Positions 17,647-27,148 of a stretch of 64,000 nt of DNA are shown piece by piece (the first letter of the stretch is position 1; the number at the start of each line of letters is the position of its first letter). Position numbers and translations under genes: made by a program. Location: IMG/VR virus record IMGVR_UViG_3300049855_000348, positions 124,001-188,000 of that record; one strand, 5' to 3'. The notes below the pieces were generated by a model. It worked only from the letters and a program-made list of their open reading frames with translations, was not told the origin of the DNA and made no database searches.

Positions 17647-18396
17647 TTACTTCTTGATGCCGGCCAGACGGCGCATGCGTTCCATCTGGGGGCTGAAGCC
17701 CTTCTGGGTGCCCTGTTCGCCCTCGGCGATGACCTTCTCACCCTTGCCGGTGGAGTCGAGGTGTTCCTCGTTGGCGGACGTGCCCTTGGTCGGGGCGGTC
17801 TCTTCGACGGTGACCTGGAGGCTGGTTTCCAGGCTCTCGCGGAGTTCCTTGACCGTGCCTTCGGCGACGTTGGCACGGGCGGTCTGCTCCAGGACCTTCT
17901 TCTTCTCGCCCTTGATCTGCTCTTCGAGGGCGGCGACCTTGGTCTTGAGGTCCGTGACTTCCTTCGGATCGACCTTGGCACCTTCGGTGATCTCGGCCTT
18001 GCCCTTGGTGATCAGCTTCTCGACCTCTTCGAGGAGAGCCGAGCCGCGCTTGGCTTCGGTCTGCTCGGCGATGCGGGCGAGACGGTCACCATGGCTGTCG
18101 ATGGCGGAGACCAGGAGACCCTTCACGCGCTCGGCGAGAAGTTTCTCGTACTTGGTCAGTTCCTCCTTGATCGTCTTGTCGCCAGCTTCCTTGGCTTCTT
18201 CCAGCTTCTCCAGGTAGGAGGCTTCGAGCTTGATCTTCTCGGCCTTGACGGCTTCGGTGATCGCACCCTTCTTGCTGGCTTCGGCTTCGGCGACGGTCTT
18301 GGTGTAGAACGCCTCCAGCGACTCGACCACCTTGGTCGACTCGTCGGCACCGATGGTCTCGGTCAGGAGCTTCTTGAGATCGGCTGGGACGGGCAT
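17647..18396 (-). CDS. Prohead core/scaffold protein, gp22-like
   Basis: Charged coiled-coil protein between the protease and capsid genes (T4 order 21-22-23); many [LIV]xE motifs; TACATA and an AGAAGGA SD upstream. Confidence 0.75.
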   Translation of the reverse strand: MPVPADLKKLLTETIGADESTKVVESLEAFYTKTVAEAEASKKGAITEAVKAEKIKLEASYLEKLEEAKEAGDKTIKEELTKYEKLLAERVKGLLVSAIDSHGDRLARIAEQTEAKRGSALLEEVEKLITKGKAEITEGAKVDPKEVTDLKTKVAALEEQIKGEKKKVLEQTARANVAEGTVKELRESLETSLQVTVEETAPTKGTSANEEHLDSTGKGEKVIAEGEQGTQKGFSPQMERMRRLAGIKK

Positions 18397-18427
18397 GGGC
18401 TATTCCTTCTCGTGTTTATGTACGAGG

Positions 18428-19111
18428 TTACTTGATACCCAGCCAGCGATCGACGAGCGATGCCAAACCGAGCTTCTGAGTGGATGGGCGGGCTTTGGTG
18501 AACTCGCAGAACTCACGGATCAGTTGCTCACTGACCACTGAGGGGCGGGCACCTGGGGTGCTGGGGTCATGGACCAGATCGTAGGTCTTCATCGAGTAGT
18601 CTTCACCCACCATGGTGTCACCACCCTTGGTGAAGAGACTGCCGGCACCACGACTGGAAGTTCCGACCTTGCCACCCAGGGCATCGCAGCAGCCGATGGC
18701 AGCCGGGCCGAGGGGCAGTGACGGGATGAGCGTCATGCGTCCTTCGGTGATGCCGCTGGAGTTCATGTGCAGACGGTCGATCCGCAGACAGGTCTTCTGC
18801 ATGTTGATGTTGACCGTCTCGGGGTGATCGAGTTCCCCGAGGATGCCGCCGTTCTCTTTGATGATCTGCTGGAGCTTCTTGGTCTCACGCTCCAGGATGT
18901 GGAGCGGGTAGATGCGACCGTTCTTGTTGCGGGTGTTGGCCCGCTGGAACAGACCTTCGAGGACACGGGTGCCGCCCTCGCCGGCCTTCATCTCGCCCTC
19001 GAACAGGAAGGCTGCATGGCTTTCGCTGATGAGACCACGACGTGCTTCAAGAACGTCGTTCTCGTACGGCTTGACCTGCACCCATCCCTGTGATTCGAGG
19101 AGCGTCTTCAT
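18428..19111 (-). CDS. gp21: Prohead core protease, T4 gp21-like
   Basis: Motifs NKNGRIYP, GELDHP, SSRGAGSL and YDLVHDPSTPGA of gp21/S77 proteases. Confidence 0.95.
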   Translation of the reverse strand: MKTLLESQGWVQVKPYENDVLEARRGLISESHAAFLFEGEMKAGEGGTRVLEGLFQRANTRNKNGRIYPLHILERETKKLQQIIKENGGILGELDHPETVNINMQKTCLRIDRLHMNSSGITEGRMTLIPSLPLGPAAIGCCDALGGKVGTSSRGAGSLFTKGGDTMVGEDYSMKTYDLVHDPSTPGARPSVVSEQLIREFCEFTKARPSTQKLGLASLVDRWLGIK

Positions 19112-19113
19112 GA

Positions 19114-21003
19114 TTACTGTCCCAGGCTCAGATCATCTTCCGCACCGGCTGGGGCTGGCTGGCCGCCAGGAACACCCTGGTCGCCTTCAGCGCCGGCTTC
19201 GTCACCACCCTTGTCGCCGATGGTGCTCATGTCGTCGAGATTTTCGTCGCCCATCTCATCTTCGGCGTTGGCTTCGTCCTGATCGGTCTTGTCCTTGCCG
19301 ACGGCGTCGAAGTAGTCGCCGATGACCTGGAGCATGGAGGAGATGTCGTCGCCGGTGAGTTCGGGCTGTTCGCCACCTTCACCGTCAGCAGTTCCATCCA
19401 CCTTGGCCTTGAGGTCGTTGAACTCATCCGAGTCTTCGATCTCGTCGCCGACCACGTCGAGGACCTTCTTCAGCATCTCACGGGCACGATCGGCTGACAT
19501 CGAGAAGGAGATCTGCTCACCTTCGTCGTCGCCACCCTCGTCGTCCATGCTGGTGAGATCTTCGTCGCCACCGAGATCATCTTCACCTTCGCCATCGGCG
19601 TCGGTCATGCCTTCGGTGCTCTTGTCATCGTTCAGATCGTCGCTGCCGAGGTCATCGGCGGCACCGAAGTCGAAGTCTTCAGCTTCGAGGAACAGGTGAT
19701 CAAGCTGCGTGCTGATCGGCAGTTTCTGCGACTTGATGGCTTCCGAGATCTCGTTGTCACCGATGCTGACCAGGAACTTATCCTTGGCAGCCTTGCCGTC
19801 CTTGGTCTCGCCTTCGGCGACGATGGCCTTGGCCACGGTGCGGATGTCGGCGGGATCGAAGGCGTCGATGTGCGGAGCGATGGCCTCGTAGACCTCGTCT
19901 TCCGTGAGCAGGGCCAGGAACGGCGCATGCTCGACGATCGCGGCGGCGGTCGACTGGTTCTTGATGAGGGCGGCGGTCTCTTCGGTGACCGGATCGGCAC
20001 GGAACGACTTCCAGGCCACAGCGGCACGGTAGTAGAAGTCCTTCTTCGGATCGAGGGTTTCCTTGATCGTCTTCAGATTGACGACGACGATACCTTCGTC
20101 GGTCTTCTTCTCTTCCTTGTCGTCCTTCTTGTCCTCGCCGTCCTTCTTCTCTTCCTTGTCGTCGTCCTTCTTCTCGCCCTTGTCCTTCTTGTCGTCCTTG
20201 TCGTCTTTCTTGTCATCGTCCTTCTTCTCGCCGTCCTTGTCGTCTTCCTTGTCCTTGAGGAAGGCCGGCTTGTCGTCGCCATCCTCCTCTTCGGCGATGG
20301 AGACGAGGACCGCAGCGCCCTTCGGACGCATGACGGTCGGGACGCCGAGTTCATTCTTCTCGACGATGAAACCTTCGATGAGCGGATCACGCTTCGAGAG
20401 ATCCAGGGTGGCCATCATGGCGACGGCAGCTTCGAGCAACGGAGCCAGCTTCTTGCCGATCTCCTTGCCTTCGTGGATCTTCTTGCGCAGGGCCGACGCC
20501 TTCTTGAAGACGAGGGTCTTGGCCGACTTCTTGGCTTCCTGGATGAGACGCCAGCGGGCGGCGGTCGACTCCTTCAGGTAGCGGGCACGACTGGCCGCGC
20601 CTTCCTTTTGCTCGACCATCTTGACGGCACCAACGGCTTTGGTCTTCATCTCCATGACCATGCCGATGAGCTTGCTGGCTTCATCTTCCTGGTCTTCGGC
20701 GACGAGGTCGACGAACTTGGCGGCGATCTCGTCGAGGAAGCTGGTGTTGTTCGCCTCCTCGGAGATGTTCATCAGGCGACGGCAGTCGGTCAGTGCGACC
20801 CGTCCTTCGCTGATGGTGTAGTGGGCGACGAACAGGTTGGCTTCACCATCGGCGAAGGCCACGCTGCTTTCGCTCACAGCGATAATCTTGTGGCTGGCAC
20901 CTTTATGGGCCGACCACACGCCCAAGGCGAGGTCCAGTTGCTCACGGATCACCGCCTCAGAGCCGGCGTCGATCTTTTCCAGGATGTTGCACAGATGGCG
21001 CAT
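19114..21003 (-). CDS. Large acidic prohead scaffold-like protein (629 aa)
   Basis: Occupies the gp67/68 position between portal and protease; very acidic C-terminal half and a KDDK-type charged repeat. Confidence 0.7.
   Translation of the reverse strand: MRHLCNILEKIDAGSEAVIREQLDLALGVWSAHKGASHKIIAVSESSVAFADGEANLFVAHYTISEGRVALTDCRRLMNISEEANNTSFLDEIAAKFVDLVAEDQEDEASKLIGMVMEMKTKAVGAVKMVEQKEGAASRARYLKESTAARWRLIQEAKKSAKTLVFKKASALRKKIHEGKEIGKKLAPLLEAAVAMMATLDLSKRDPLIEGFIVEKNELGVPTVMRPKGAAVLVSIAEEEDGDDKPAFLKDKEDDKDGEKKDDDKKDDKDDKKDKGEKKDDDKEEKKDGEDKKDDKEEKKTDEGIVVVNLKTIKETLDPKKDFYYRAAVAWKSFRADPVTEETAALIKNQSTAAAIVEHAPFLALLTEDEVYEAIAPHIDAFDPADIRTVAKAIVAEGETKDGKAAKDKFLVSIGDNEISEAIKSQKLPISTQLDHLFLEAEDFDFGAADDLGSDDLNDDKSTEGMTDADGEGEDDLGGDEDLTSMDDEGGDDEGEQISFSMSADRAREMLKKVLDVVGDEIEDSDEFNDLKAKVDGTADGEGGEQPELTGDDISSMLQVIGDYFDAVGKDKTDQDEANAEDEMGDENLDDMSTIGDKGGDEAGAEGDQGVPGGQPAPAGAEDDLSLGQ
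20100..20290 (-). repeat. Low-complexity K/D/E repeat coding tract (DKEDDKDGEKKDDDKKDDKDDKK...)
   Basis: Repeated gtc/ctt triplets visible on the plus strand. Confidence 0.85.
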
Positions 21004-21030
21004 GGGTTGCCTCAGGGTTTATCTACGGAT

Positions 21031-23010
21031 TCAGACTACTGCTTCGGTTAGGCGCTTGATTTCAGCGTTGACCTTGCTGTTGATGGTCGATTCGTTGATG
21101 GCTTTCTGGGCGGTATCGAGCTTCGACAGGGACTCGTTGATCGTCATCCCGGCCTTGGTTTTGATGCTCAAACCACCCATCTCGCCATGGGTCAGGGCAT
21201 GCTCGAAGGTAGAGATTCTGGTCTTGGCCAGCTTCATGCCCTTCCGCTTGGTCATCCAGGCTTCGACCAGGGTCTGGTACTGGCGTTTGGTGCGGTCGTG
21301 AGCCGACTCGGTGACCGGCTTGCGCTTGTCCTGCACGCTGGCCATCTCGGGGGTACCCGGGGTCGGCATGGCTCCGCCAGGGGGTGGTTGGGTGCCATCG
21401 CCCGGCACGCCTTCTTGGCCACCACCCTCGGCACCCGGGGTGCCACCGGCGACATCCTCACCACCTGGGCTGGGCATGGCACCACCAGGACCCATGCCAC
21501 CCAGACCAGCACCGGCACCACCAGCAGCCGCACCCTGGGCAGCCGCCTCGGCCTGCATCTTCTGCTGGTCTTGCTGGAGCTTGAGTTGCAGGAGTTCGTT
21601 CGCCTCATCCTCGCCGAAGCCCATGATCTCGGTCAGGATGTAGATGTCCGGCAGGATCTCAGTCGCACGGGCGGTGCTGACGATCTCCAACTTGGCGGAC
21701 ATGGCATCGAGACGGAGGAGTTCTGACAGCGCCGACGGTGGCGTCATGCGCAGGGTGAAGCTGGTGATCTGACGGAAGTTGAAGCCGCGCAGCATCAGGT
21801 GAATGAAGCAGATCTTGTTCAGACCCTCGACGAACGCACGTTGCAGACGTTCGATCGTACGGCTGAAGCGGATGTCCTGCTGGCTGAGACCGGCCTTGGC
21901 GTCGAAAGCACCATCACGGCTGAGGTAGCTCGTGGGGATCTTCATTTCACTGTCGATCTTCTGACGGAACCACTTCAGATCTTCGATCTCACCCATGTTC
22001 TGGCCACCGGGCAATTGCTCGATGCGGGTGTTGTCTTTGTTGTCCTGGATGGGGATGTAGAAGTCTTCATCCCACGCCAACGGGTTCGCCTTCTCATCGA
22101 TCTCACCGGTGCGCGGATTGATGAAGCTCTTCTTACGGAACTTCGCCATCAGGTTGCGGATGTAACCTTCGGCTTCATCCTCAGCGAGATTGCCGACGTT
22201 GACGTAGAACACACGACGCTCAGCACCACGGCTGATACGGTAGATCACGATGGAATCTTCCATCAAGCGAACTTGACGCCACGTGCGGCGAGCGGCTTCC
22301 ATGATCGAACGACCATAGATCGAATCGCTACCATCCGGCAGACGCCAGTGGACGACACGGAACGGTGACAGGCTGATTTCTCCGCCCTTTTCACCACCTG
22401 CTCCACCACCCCATGACATTGCTTTGCCAGTGCGCTTCGGATCGTAGACGGCGTTGCGCAGCTTGAAGCCGATCAACTTGCCGTTCTCTTCCTGACGATC
22501 GAAGCGACGATGGTCGATGCGCTGGATGTCGTAGACGCCACGGAAATCCTTACGGAACTTGATCTCGTAGGGTGCATCACCGTAGGTCGCCAAGCGACGC
22601 ATGGTGTCCCAGCCCTTCGAGTCGATGCGCAGAACTTGGAACAGCAGACGTTCCAGTTCGGTATTCACATCCTCATCGTCGCCTTCGACTTTGATGATGT
22701 GGTGATCGACAGTGTCGGCCTGTGTCGCTTCGTCGGCGTAGATGTCGAGACCACCGCTGATGGCTGCGTCTTCGGCCATCTCGGAGTAGTCACGATATTT
22801 TTCCTGACGAGCACGCCAGAAATCGAAGTTCTGGCGATAGTTGCCATCGCTCATTCCAGAGCGGTAGCCGGGCTGCACGCCATGCTTGAGACGCTTCTTC
22901 AGATCGTGCTGAGTCTCGATGTCGTCCATGCCGAGGCGATGGCGCGTCGAGAACTTGCGCATCAAATCTTTGAGTTCTGGCCAGCGATCGAGCGTGACTT
23001 CATCAGCCAT
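21031..23010 (-). CDS. gp20: Portal protein, T4 gp20-like, with a C-terminal extension
   Basis: Motifs MEDSIVIYRISRGAERRVFYVNVGNL, EDFYIP, LPGGQN, EDLKWF, MKIPTSYL and QDIRFSRTIERLQ. Confidence 0.95.
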   Translation of the reverse strand: MADEVTLDRWPELKDLMRKFSTRHRLGMDDIETQHDLKKRLKHGVQPGYRSGMSDGNYRQNFDFWRARQEKYRDYSEMAEDAAISGGLDIYADEATQADTVDHHIIKVEGDDEDVNTELERLLFQVLRIDSKGWDTMRRLATYGDAPYEIKFRKDFRGVYDIQRIDHRRFDRQEENGKLIGFKLRNAVYDPKRTGKAMSWGGGAGGEKGGEISLSPFRVVHWRLPDGSDSIYGRSIMEAARRTWRQVRLMEDSIVIYRISRGAERRVFYVNVGNLAEDEAEGYIRNLMAKFRKKSFINPRTGEIDEKANPLAWDEDFYIPIQDNKDNTRIEQLPGGQNMGEIEDLKWFRQKIDSEMKIPTSYLSRDGAFDAKAGLSQQDIRFSRTIERLQRAFVEGLNKICFIHLMLRGFNFRQITSFTLRMTPPSALSELLRLDAMSAKLEIVSTARATEILPDIYILTEIMGFGEDEANELLQLKLQQDQQKMQAEAAAQGAAAGGAGAGLGGMGPGGAMPSPGGEDVAGGTPGAEGGGQEGVPGDGTQPPPGGAMPTPGTPEMASVQDKRKPVTESAHDRTKRQYQTLVEAWMTKRKGMKLAKTRISTFEHALTHGEMGGLSIKTKAGMTINESLSKLDTAQKAINESTINSKVNAEIKRLTEAVV

Positions 23011-23218
23011 TGGTAGCCACCTTCGGGAGCACGCCCTTCTGGTCCGCCAGCGATCCCGGACGGGACGCCTTCATGATACGATCCATCAGGCGCTCAGCCG
23101 GATCACGGCGTTCAGCACGACGAACCTTGGACTTCATCTTCGGACCATGGGAGATCCGACGACTGGCCTTCTTGACCGCCGAGGCGAAACGACTGTTGAC
23201 TGCTCCGGTCAGATCCAT
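23003..23218 (-). CDS. Small basic hypothetical protein (71 aa)
   Basis: ATG preceded by gcTAGATA-ggcc; 8-nt overlap with the portal start. Confidence 0.7.
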   Translation of the reverse strand: MDLTGAVNSRFASAVKKASRRISHGPKMKSKVRRAERRDPAERLMDRIMKASRPGSLADQKGVLPKVATNG

Positions 23219-23271
23219 GGCCTATCTAGCAGACCTCCTGAGGGTAACGATTTACGAGCATACATACTTCG

Positions 23272-25209
23272 CTACTTCAAGAGCCATCCCAAGATATCTT
23301 CACCGGCGATCTCGTTCATCTCATGCATCTTCTCGATGAACTGACCGTGCTTGGTGCCCACGAGTAGGTCTTCACGCTTCTTCTTGGCCAGAATCTTCTC
23401 GGATGCCTCTGAGTAGACTGGCTTTGAGACCATGGTCTCCTGCTCGCCGATGGTCTCATTGACCAGCAGGACCGATTCCGGCTGCCGTGGGGTGGCCCGC
23501 TGGGCTGCCCGGATGACTTGGTCAGCGGTGCTGATGCACCATGCCATGATCAGATCGTCGTGGCTGTGGGAGTCCGCCTCGATACGACCTGTCTTGGTGA
23601 CGATGAACGTCTTGAGTTCGTCGATGAGACGGTGGCCATGGATGATCCAGGAATCGTCATAGAGACCCGATTCCAGGTCGGCGATCATCGTGTTGCGGGA
23701 CTTCGAGGTAGTCGTCCAACCCAGCTTCCCGTTCTCAGGGTCTGAGTAGATGCGCTTGTACTTCTGGATCTTGTCCAGACTGACCAGGGTCGCACCACCA
23801 GCCGTGGCGTTGACCTCGACGGCAATGACGGCGGTACCGTACCGGTAACCGGTGTGTGCCAGGATCGCAGCGTATTTGTCTTCTGGCAGCTTGCCTTGGA
23901 ACTCTGCGACCTGCTCGCCGGCTGTCACGTCGATCACATGGAACGCAGATTTGTCGAGACCACCAGCCGTGGCACAGTCAGCACCGATGGCGTATTTGTG
24001 AGCCGGTATCTTGGTGCCATCGGGGTTGATCTTCTCTCCGATGAAGTCTTTCCAGATGACCAACTTTCCACCGTATTCAAGACGCGGCTTCGGACTGTTC
24101 TCGTCCTTGGCGTAGGTGTCGGCAACGCGCTCCATCTTTTCGATGTGCTCGGAAGAGATGTAGGTGTTACCGGCAGCAAGGAATTTGCCCAAGACTTCCT
24201 GATCCCACTTGCGCTGACCAAGCTGACGGAGCACTGATGCTGCCCATTCCGGATTGTTGTAGTCCGGATGGTCGGTGTATTCCATGCGAGCGACTTTGAA
24301 GTCGTTCTCACCAGCGATGGCTTCCTGATATTTGTGGTAGTACCAACCACCGATGCCGCCCACACCGTTGACGGTTGAGACGACGAACACCGAACCCTTG
24401 GTGGACACGAGGGTGGGATAGATGCCGGCCCAGATGTCTTCGATGCGCTCGATGAAAGCCGCTTCGTCGATCACCAGGATCTTGGTGGTGAACGAACGAC
24501 CACCGGCCTTGCCAGATGGGAGTGAGCGGATCTTCGATTTGTTGGGCAGCCAAAGTTCAGTGGCTGATTCTTTCAGACCACGAGCACGATCCCACTTGAT
24601 GGGCTCGCCCTTGTCGTTGAGTCCACCACGCAGCCACTTCGGCAATGACTGATAGACTTCTTTCACATTTTCTTGCAGGTATTTCGTCGACTCACGTTGA
24701 CCGATCGAAATCACCATGCATTGCATGCGCGGGTGAACCAGGGAGTACCATAAACAGTACACCCCAGTGAGCAGCGACATGCCAGCCTGACGAAACTTCT
24801 TGGTGATGACGAAACGTTCGTTCATCAACATCTGCGCAGTGCGAAGCTGATATGGGTAGAGTTTGAAGTGAACGTAACCGTGAAGCTGGTTGTTGATCCA
24901 GACGTACTTCGAGCAGAAGTATTCAAAGCCAGTCTGCGGATCAGCAATCTTCGCCCATTCATCACAGATACGCTGGTACACCGATGGGTTGGTCATCCCA
25001 TTGAATTGCGGTGCATCCGGTGCTGGCTTTGGTGCCGGGCTGTGCTGCTGAATACCGTCTTCAGAACCTGGAGGTGTGTTCGTGCTTGGCGGCTGTTCTT
25101 CCTCATCGTCAGCAACAGCCGTAGCGCCAGTAGAGCGAAAATTCTTCAAAGCCTGCCGACCATTGTCGAGCAGGTTCTGGATATTCGCAAAGCCACTGCG
25201 TTTGAACAT
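23272..25209 (-). CDS. gp17: Terminase large subunit, T4 gp17-like
   Basis: KLYPYQ, KKFRQAGMS (Walker A), VIDEAAF (Walker B), STVNG coupling motif; RNase H-like nuclease motifs IGADCA and HDDLIMA. Confidence 0.95.
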   Translation of the reverse strand: MFKRSGFANIQNLLDNGRQALKNFRSTGATAVADDEEEQPPSTNTPPGSEDGIQQHSPAPKPAPDAPQFNGMTNPSVYQRICDEWAKIADPQTGFEYFCSKYVWINNQLHGYVHFKLYPYQLRTAQMLMNERFVITKKFRQAGMSLLTGVYCLWYSLVHPRMQCMVISIGQRESTKYLQENVKEVYQSLPKWLRGGLNDKGEPIKWDRARGLKESATELWLPNKSKIRSLPSGKAGGRSFTTKILVIDEAAFIERIEDIWAGIYPTLVSTKGSVFVVSTVNGVGGIGGWYYHKYQEAIAGENDFKVARMEYTDHPDYNNPEWAASVLRQLGQRKWDQEVLGKFLAAGNTYISSEHIEKMERVADTYAKDENSPKPRLEYGGKLVIWKDFIGEKINPDGTKIPAHKYAIGADCATAGGLDKSAFHVIDVTAGEQVAEFQGKLPEDKYAAILAHTGYRYGTAVIAVEVNATAGGATLVSLDKIQKYKRIYSDPENGKLGWTTTSKSRNTMIADLESGLYDDSWIIHGHRLIDELKTFIVTKTGRIEADSHSHDDLIMAWCISTADQVIRAAQRATPRQPESVLLVNETIGEQETMVSKPVYSEASEKILAKKKREDLLVGTKHGQFIEKMHEMNEIAGEDILGWLLK

Positions 25210-25216
25210 GCCTAAT

Positions 25217-25525
25217 CTACCAGCAACACTCGGGAAGCGGGACTTTCTGTCCCTTGAGTTCGTGGAAGCAGTCGTCGAGGAAGTGAATCACACCATCGGT
25301 CAGGAAGATGTGACAGCGACTCTCTGGGCGAGATCCGTTTACCAACAATGACGGCGTGAAGGTTGGCTTCTCCATGTCGCCATTCCACTGCCAGACCGGT
25401 TCACGGCCTTTGATGCGGTAGGGATGGTGGCTCTTGCAGCCTGGGCAGTAAAAGACCAACGTGATGTCCTCGGCCTGCTCGTCGGTCGTGGCGTCTCCGC
25501 TATACAGCTTTTTGAGGACTGACAT
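25217..25525 (-). CDS. DUF6527-like small Cys/His protein (family often mislabelled 'ammonia monooxygenase')
   Basis: CPGCKSHH...WQWNGDMEKPTFTPSLLV...CHIFLTDGVIHFLDDCFHELKGQKVPLP matches the family pattern as I recall it. Confidence 0.7.
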   Translation of the reverse strand: MSVLKKLYSGDATTDEQAEDITLVFYCPGCKSHHPYRIKGREPVWQWNGDMEKPTFTPSLLVNGSRPESRCHIFLTDGVIHFLDDCFHELKGQKVPLPECCW

Positions 25526-27146
25526 TGGTATCTCCCATGGCGAACGGTGCGTCTTCGTCTTCTTCCTTCGGCATGGGCGGTGGTTTACCGGTGGTCAGGA
25601 AGTAGGTGATGGCGGTACGCAGCATGGCGGGAATGGCTGATCCTTGAGTCTTGAGCAGCCACTGGAAGTAGGCTTTGTTGCCGACCAGGAACTTGGTGGC
25701 CTTGCCGACATCCGGGTAATCGATGGTGACACTGCCGTCATCGTTGACCACCAGAGACTCTGGATCGACGCCTGACGCCTGGGCGAAGCGATCCTTGATG
25801 GCCGTCAGGACCTTCTTCATGATCCAGGCTGGAGGCATCTTCATGCCCATGCGGCTGGCGATGGTAGCAAGGCGGAGGTCCATGGCTCCCCAGACCGGCC
25901 CAGGACTCGCCAGAAGCTCTTGGAAGCCCTTTTTCACTCCAACCGGGTTGCCGGCAGCCCCGACCAGTTTGATCGGTCCTGACGCCTGCTTACGGGCAGC
26001 AACGAAGCCATCCGGATCGCCATAGAGGGTCCAGTCGGCGATGCGCTGGGTGAACTTGTCTTTGTCCCAGGCTTTGCCGGTCTGTTTCTCGTAGCTGGTC
26101 TTGAACGTCTCGTAGGTCTTGTCGAGGTCCAGATTGTCAGCCGTGAAGACGGCTTCCCGCAAGATCTCGATCCGCTCCTTCAACGGCACAGCCTGCACCG
26201 GTGCTGGTGTAGGAGCCGGCTGAGGGGCTGGCTTCTGGGCGGCTGGTGCCATCTTCGACGGCTGGAGTTCCTTGTTGACGATCTCACGACCTTCGACCTT
26301 GCCGAGGTGGTAGTAGTCGAAGCCGGGCAGGATGGCGATCTTCTGCGGCGGAAAGTCACCGGTGACCACTGCGGTGCAGGCTTGGCCAACGATCTCAGTG
26401 AACAGCGCCGGCACTGCGGCAGGCGGTGCCATCTTGATGTGCGTGTTGTAGGCGCGGATCTCACCCTTGGTGCCGAACGGCTGACCACTCACGATGTGTG
26501 AGTAGTAATCGTGAACGGCACGGAACTTCAGATTCTGTTCATGAGTCCAGATCGGATGAGCGGTACCACCCTTCCAGATCTTGAGAACTTTGGTCTTCTT
26601 GACCTGATTCTTCATTTCCTCGGCATTGGGATACGGATCCTCGGCGACGTACTCGACCTTCACCACACCGGTGAGGCGCTTGTAAAGCGTCTCGATGTGG
26701 GTGATCAGAGACTTCCACGCAGGCGCAGCCTTCGCATCCATCATCGGAGCATCTTCGTAGGCTTTCGCCACGAGCTTGGAATACTCGCCGAAGTCTTTCA
26801 GTTGGATCGTCTCGGTGATCAGACCTTCCCTGATGACCTTGAGTTTTTTACCCTTCAATTCTGGCTCAGCGTATTTGATCGAAACGATGCATGCCCATGA
26901 GCCAGTCTTGTCGAGCCACTTCTTCAGGCCGGATTTGCTCTTGATGGCGAACACACCGCGACCATCAGCCCAACGAACAACGTAGGCTTTGCCTTCTTCA
27001 GCAGTTTCTGGCAGGTCTTTGTCGTCGATGATTGCCTGGACTTTGGCAACGTCGGCAGCCTCCGGCGCACCACCATCTTCGATCTCACGGATCTGACGGT
27101 GATTGCCGTAGGCTTTTCTCAGGATGCCTTTGATCGCTGGTCTCAC
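25500..27146 (-). CDS. Multi-domain probable internal virion protein (548 aa) with a FRAVHDxxxH...GE domain
   Basis: NLKFRAVHDYYSH...GEIRAY...ALFTEIVGQ is a motif I recognise from large phage polyvalent proteins. Domains are separated by ITE and LRE motifs and a Pro/Ala linker. Confidence 0.7.
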   Translation of the reverse strand: MRPAIKGILRKAYGNHRQIREIEDGGAPEAADVAKVQAIIDDKDLPETAEEGKAYVVRWADGRGVFAIKSKSGLKKWLDKTGSWACIVSIKYAEPELKGKKLKVIREGLITETIQLKDFGEYSKLVAKAYEDAPMMDAKAAPAWKSLITHIETLYKRLTGVVKVEYVAEDPYPNAEEMKNQVKKTKVLKIWKGGTAHPIWTHEQNLKFRAVHDYYSHIVSGQPFGTKGEIRAYNTHIKMAPPAAVPALFTEIVGQACTAVVTGDFPPQKIAILPGFDYYHLGKVEGREIVNKELQPSKMAPAAQKPAPQPAPTPAPVQAVPLKERIEILREAVFTADNLDLDKTYETFKTSYEKQTGKAWDKDKFTQRIADWTLYGDPDGFVAARKQASGPIKLVGAAGNPVGVKKGFQELLASPGPVWGAMDLRLATIASRMGMKMPPAWIMKKVLTAIKDRFAQASGVDPESLVVNDDGSVTIDYPDVGKATKFLVGNKAYFQWLLKTQGSAIPAMLRTAITYFLTTGKPPPMPKEEDEDAPFAMGDTNVSPQKAV

Positions 27147-27148
27147 GT

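Noticed and set aside
15946-22368. Long plus-strand ORFs opposite the head genes (15946-17520, 17761-18435, 19696-21051, 21799-22368) and similar ones elsewhere
   Set aside because: Frame-locked antisense ORFs expected from high GC3 codon bias; no motifs, SD sequences or promoters.
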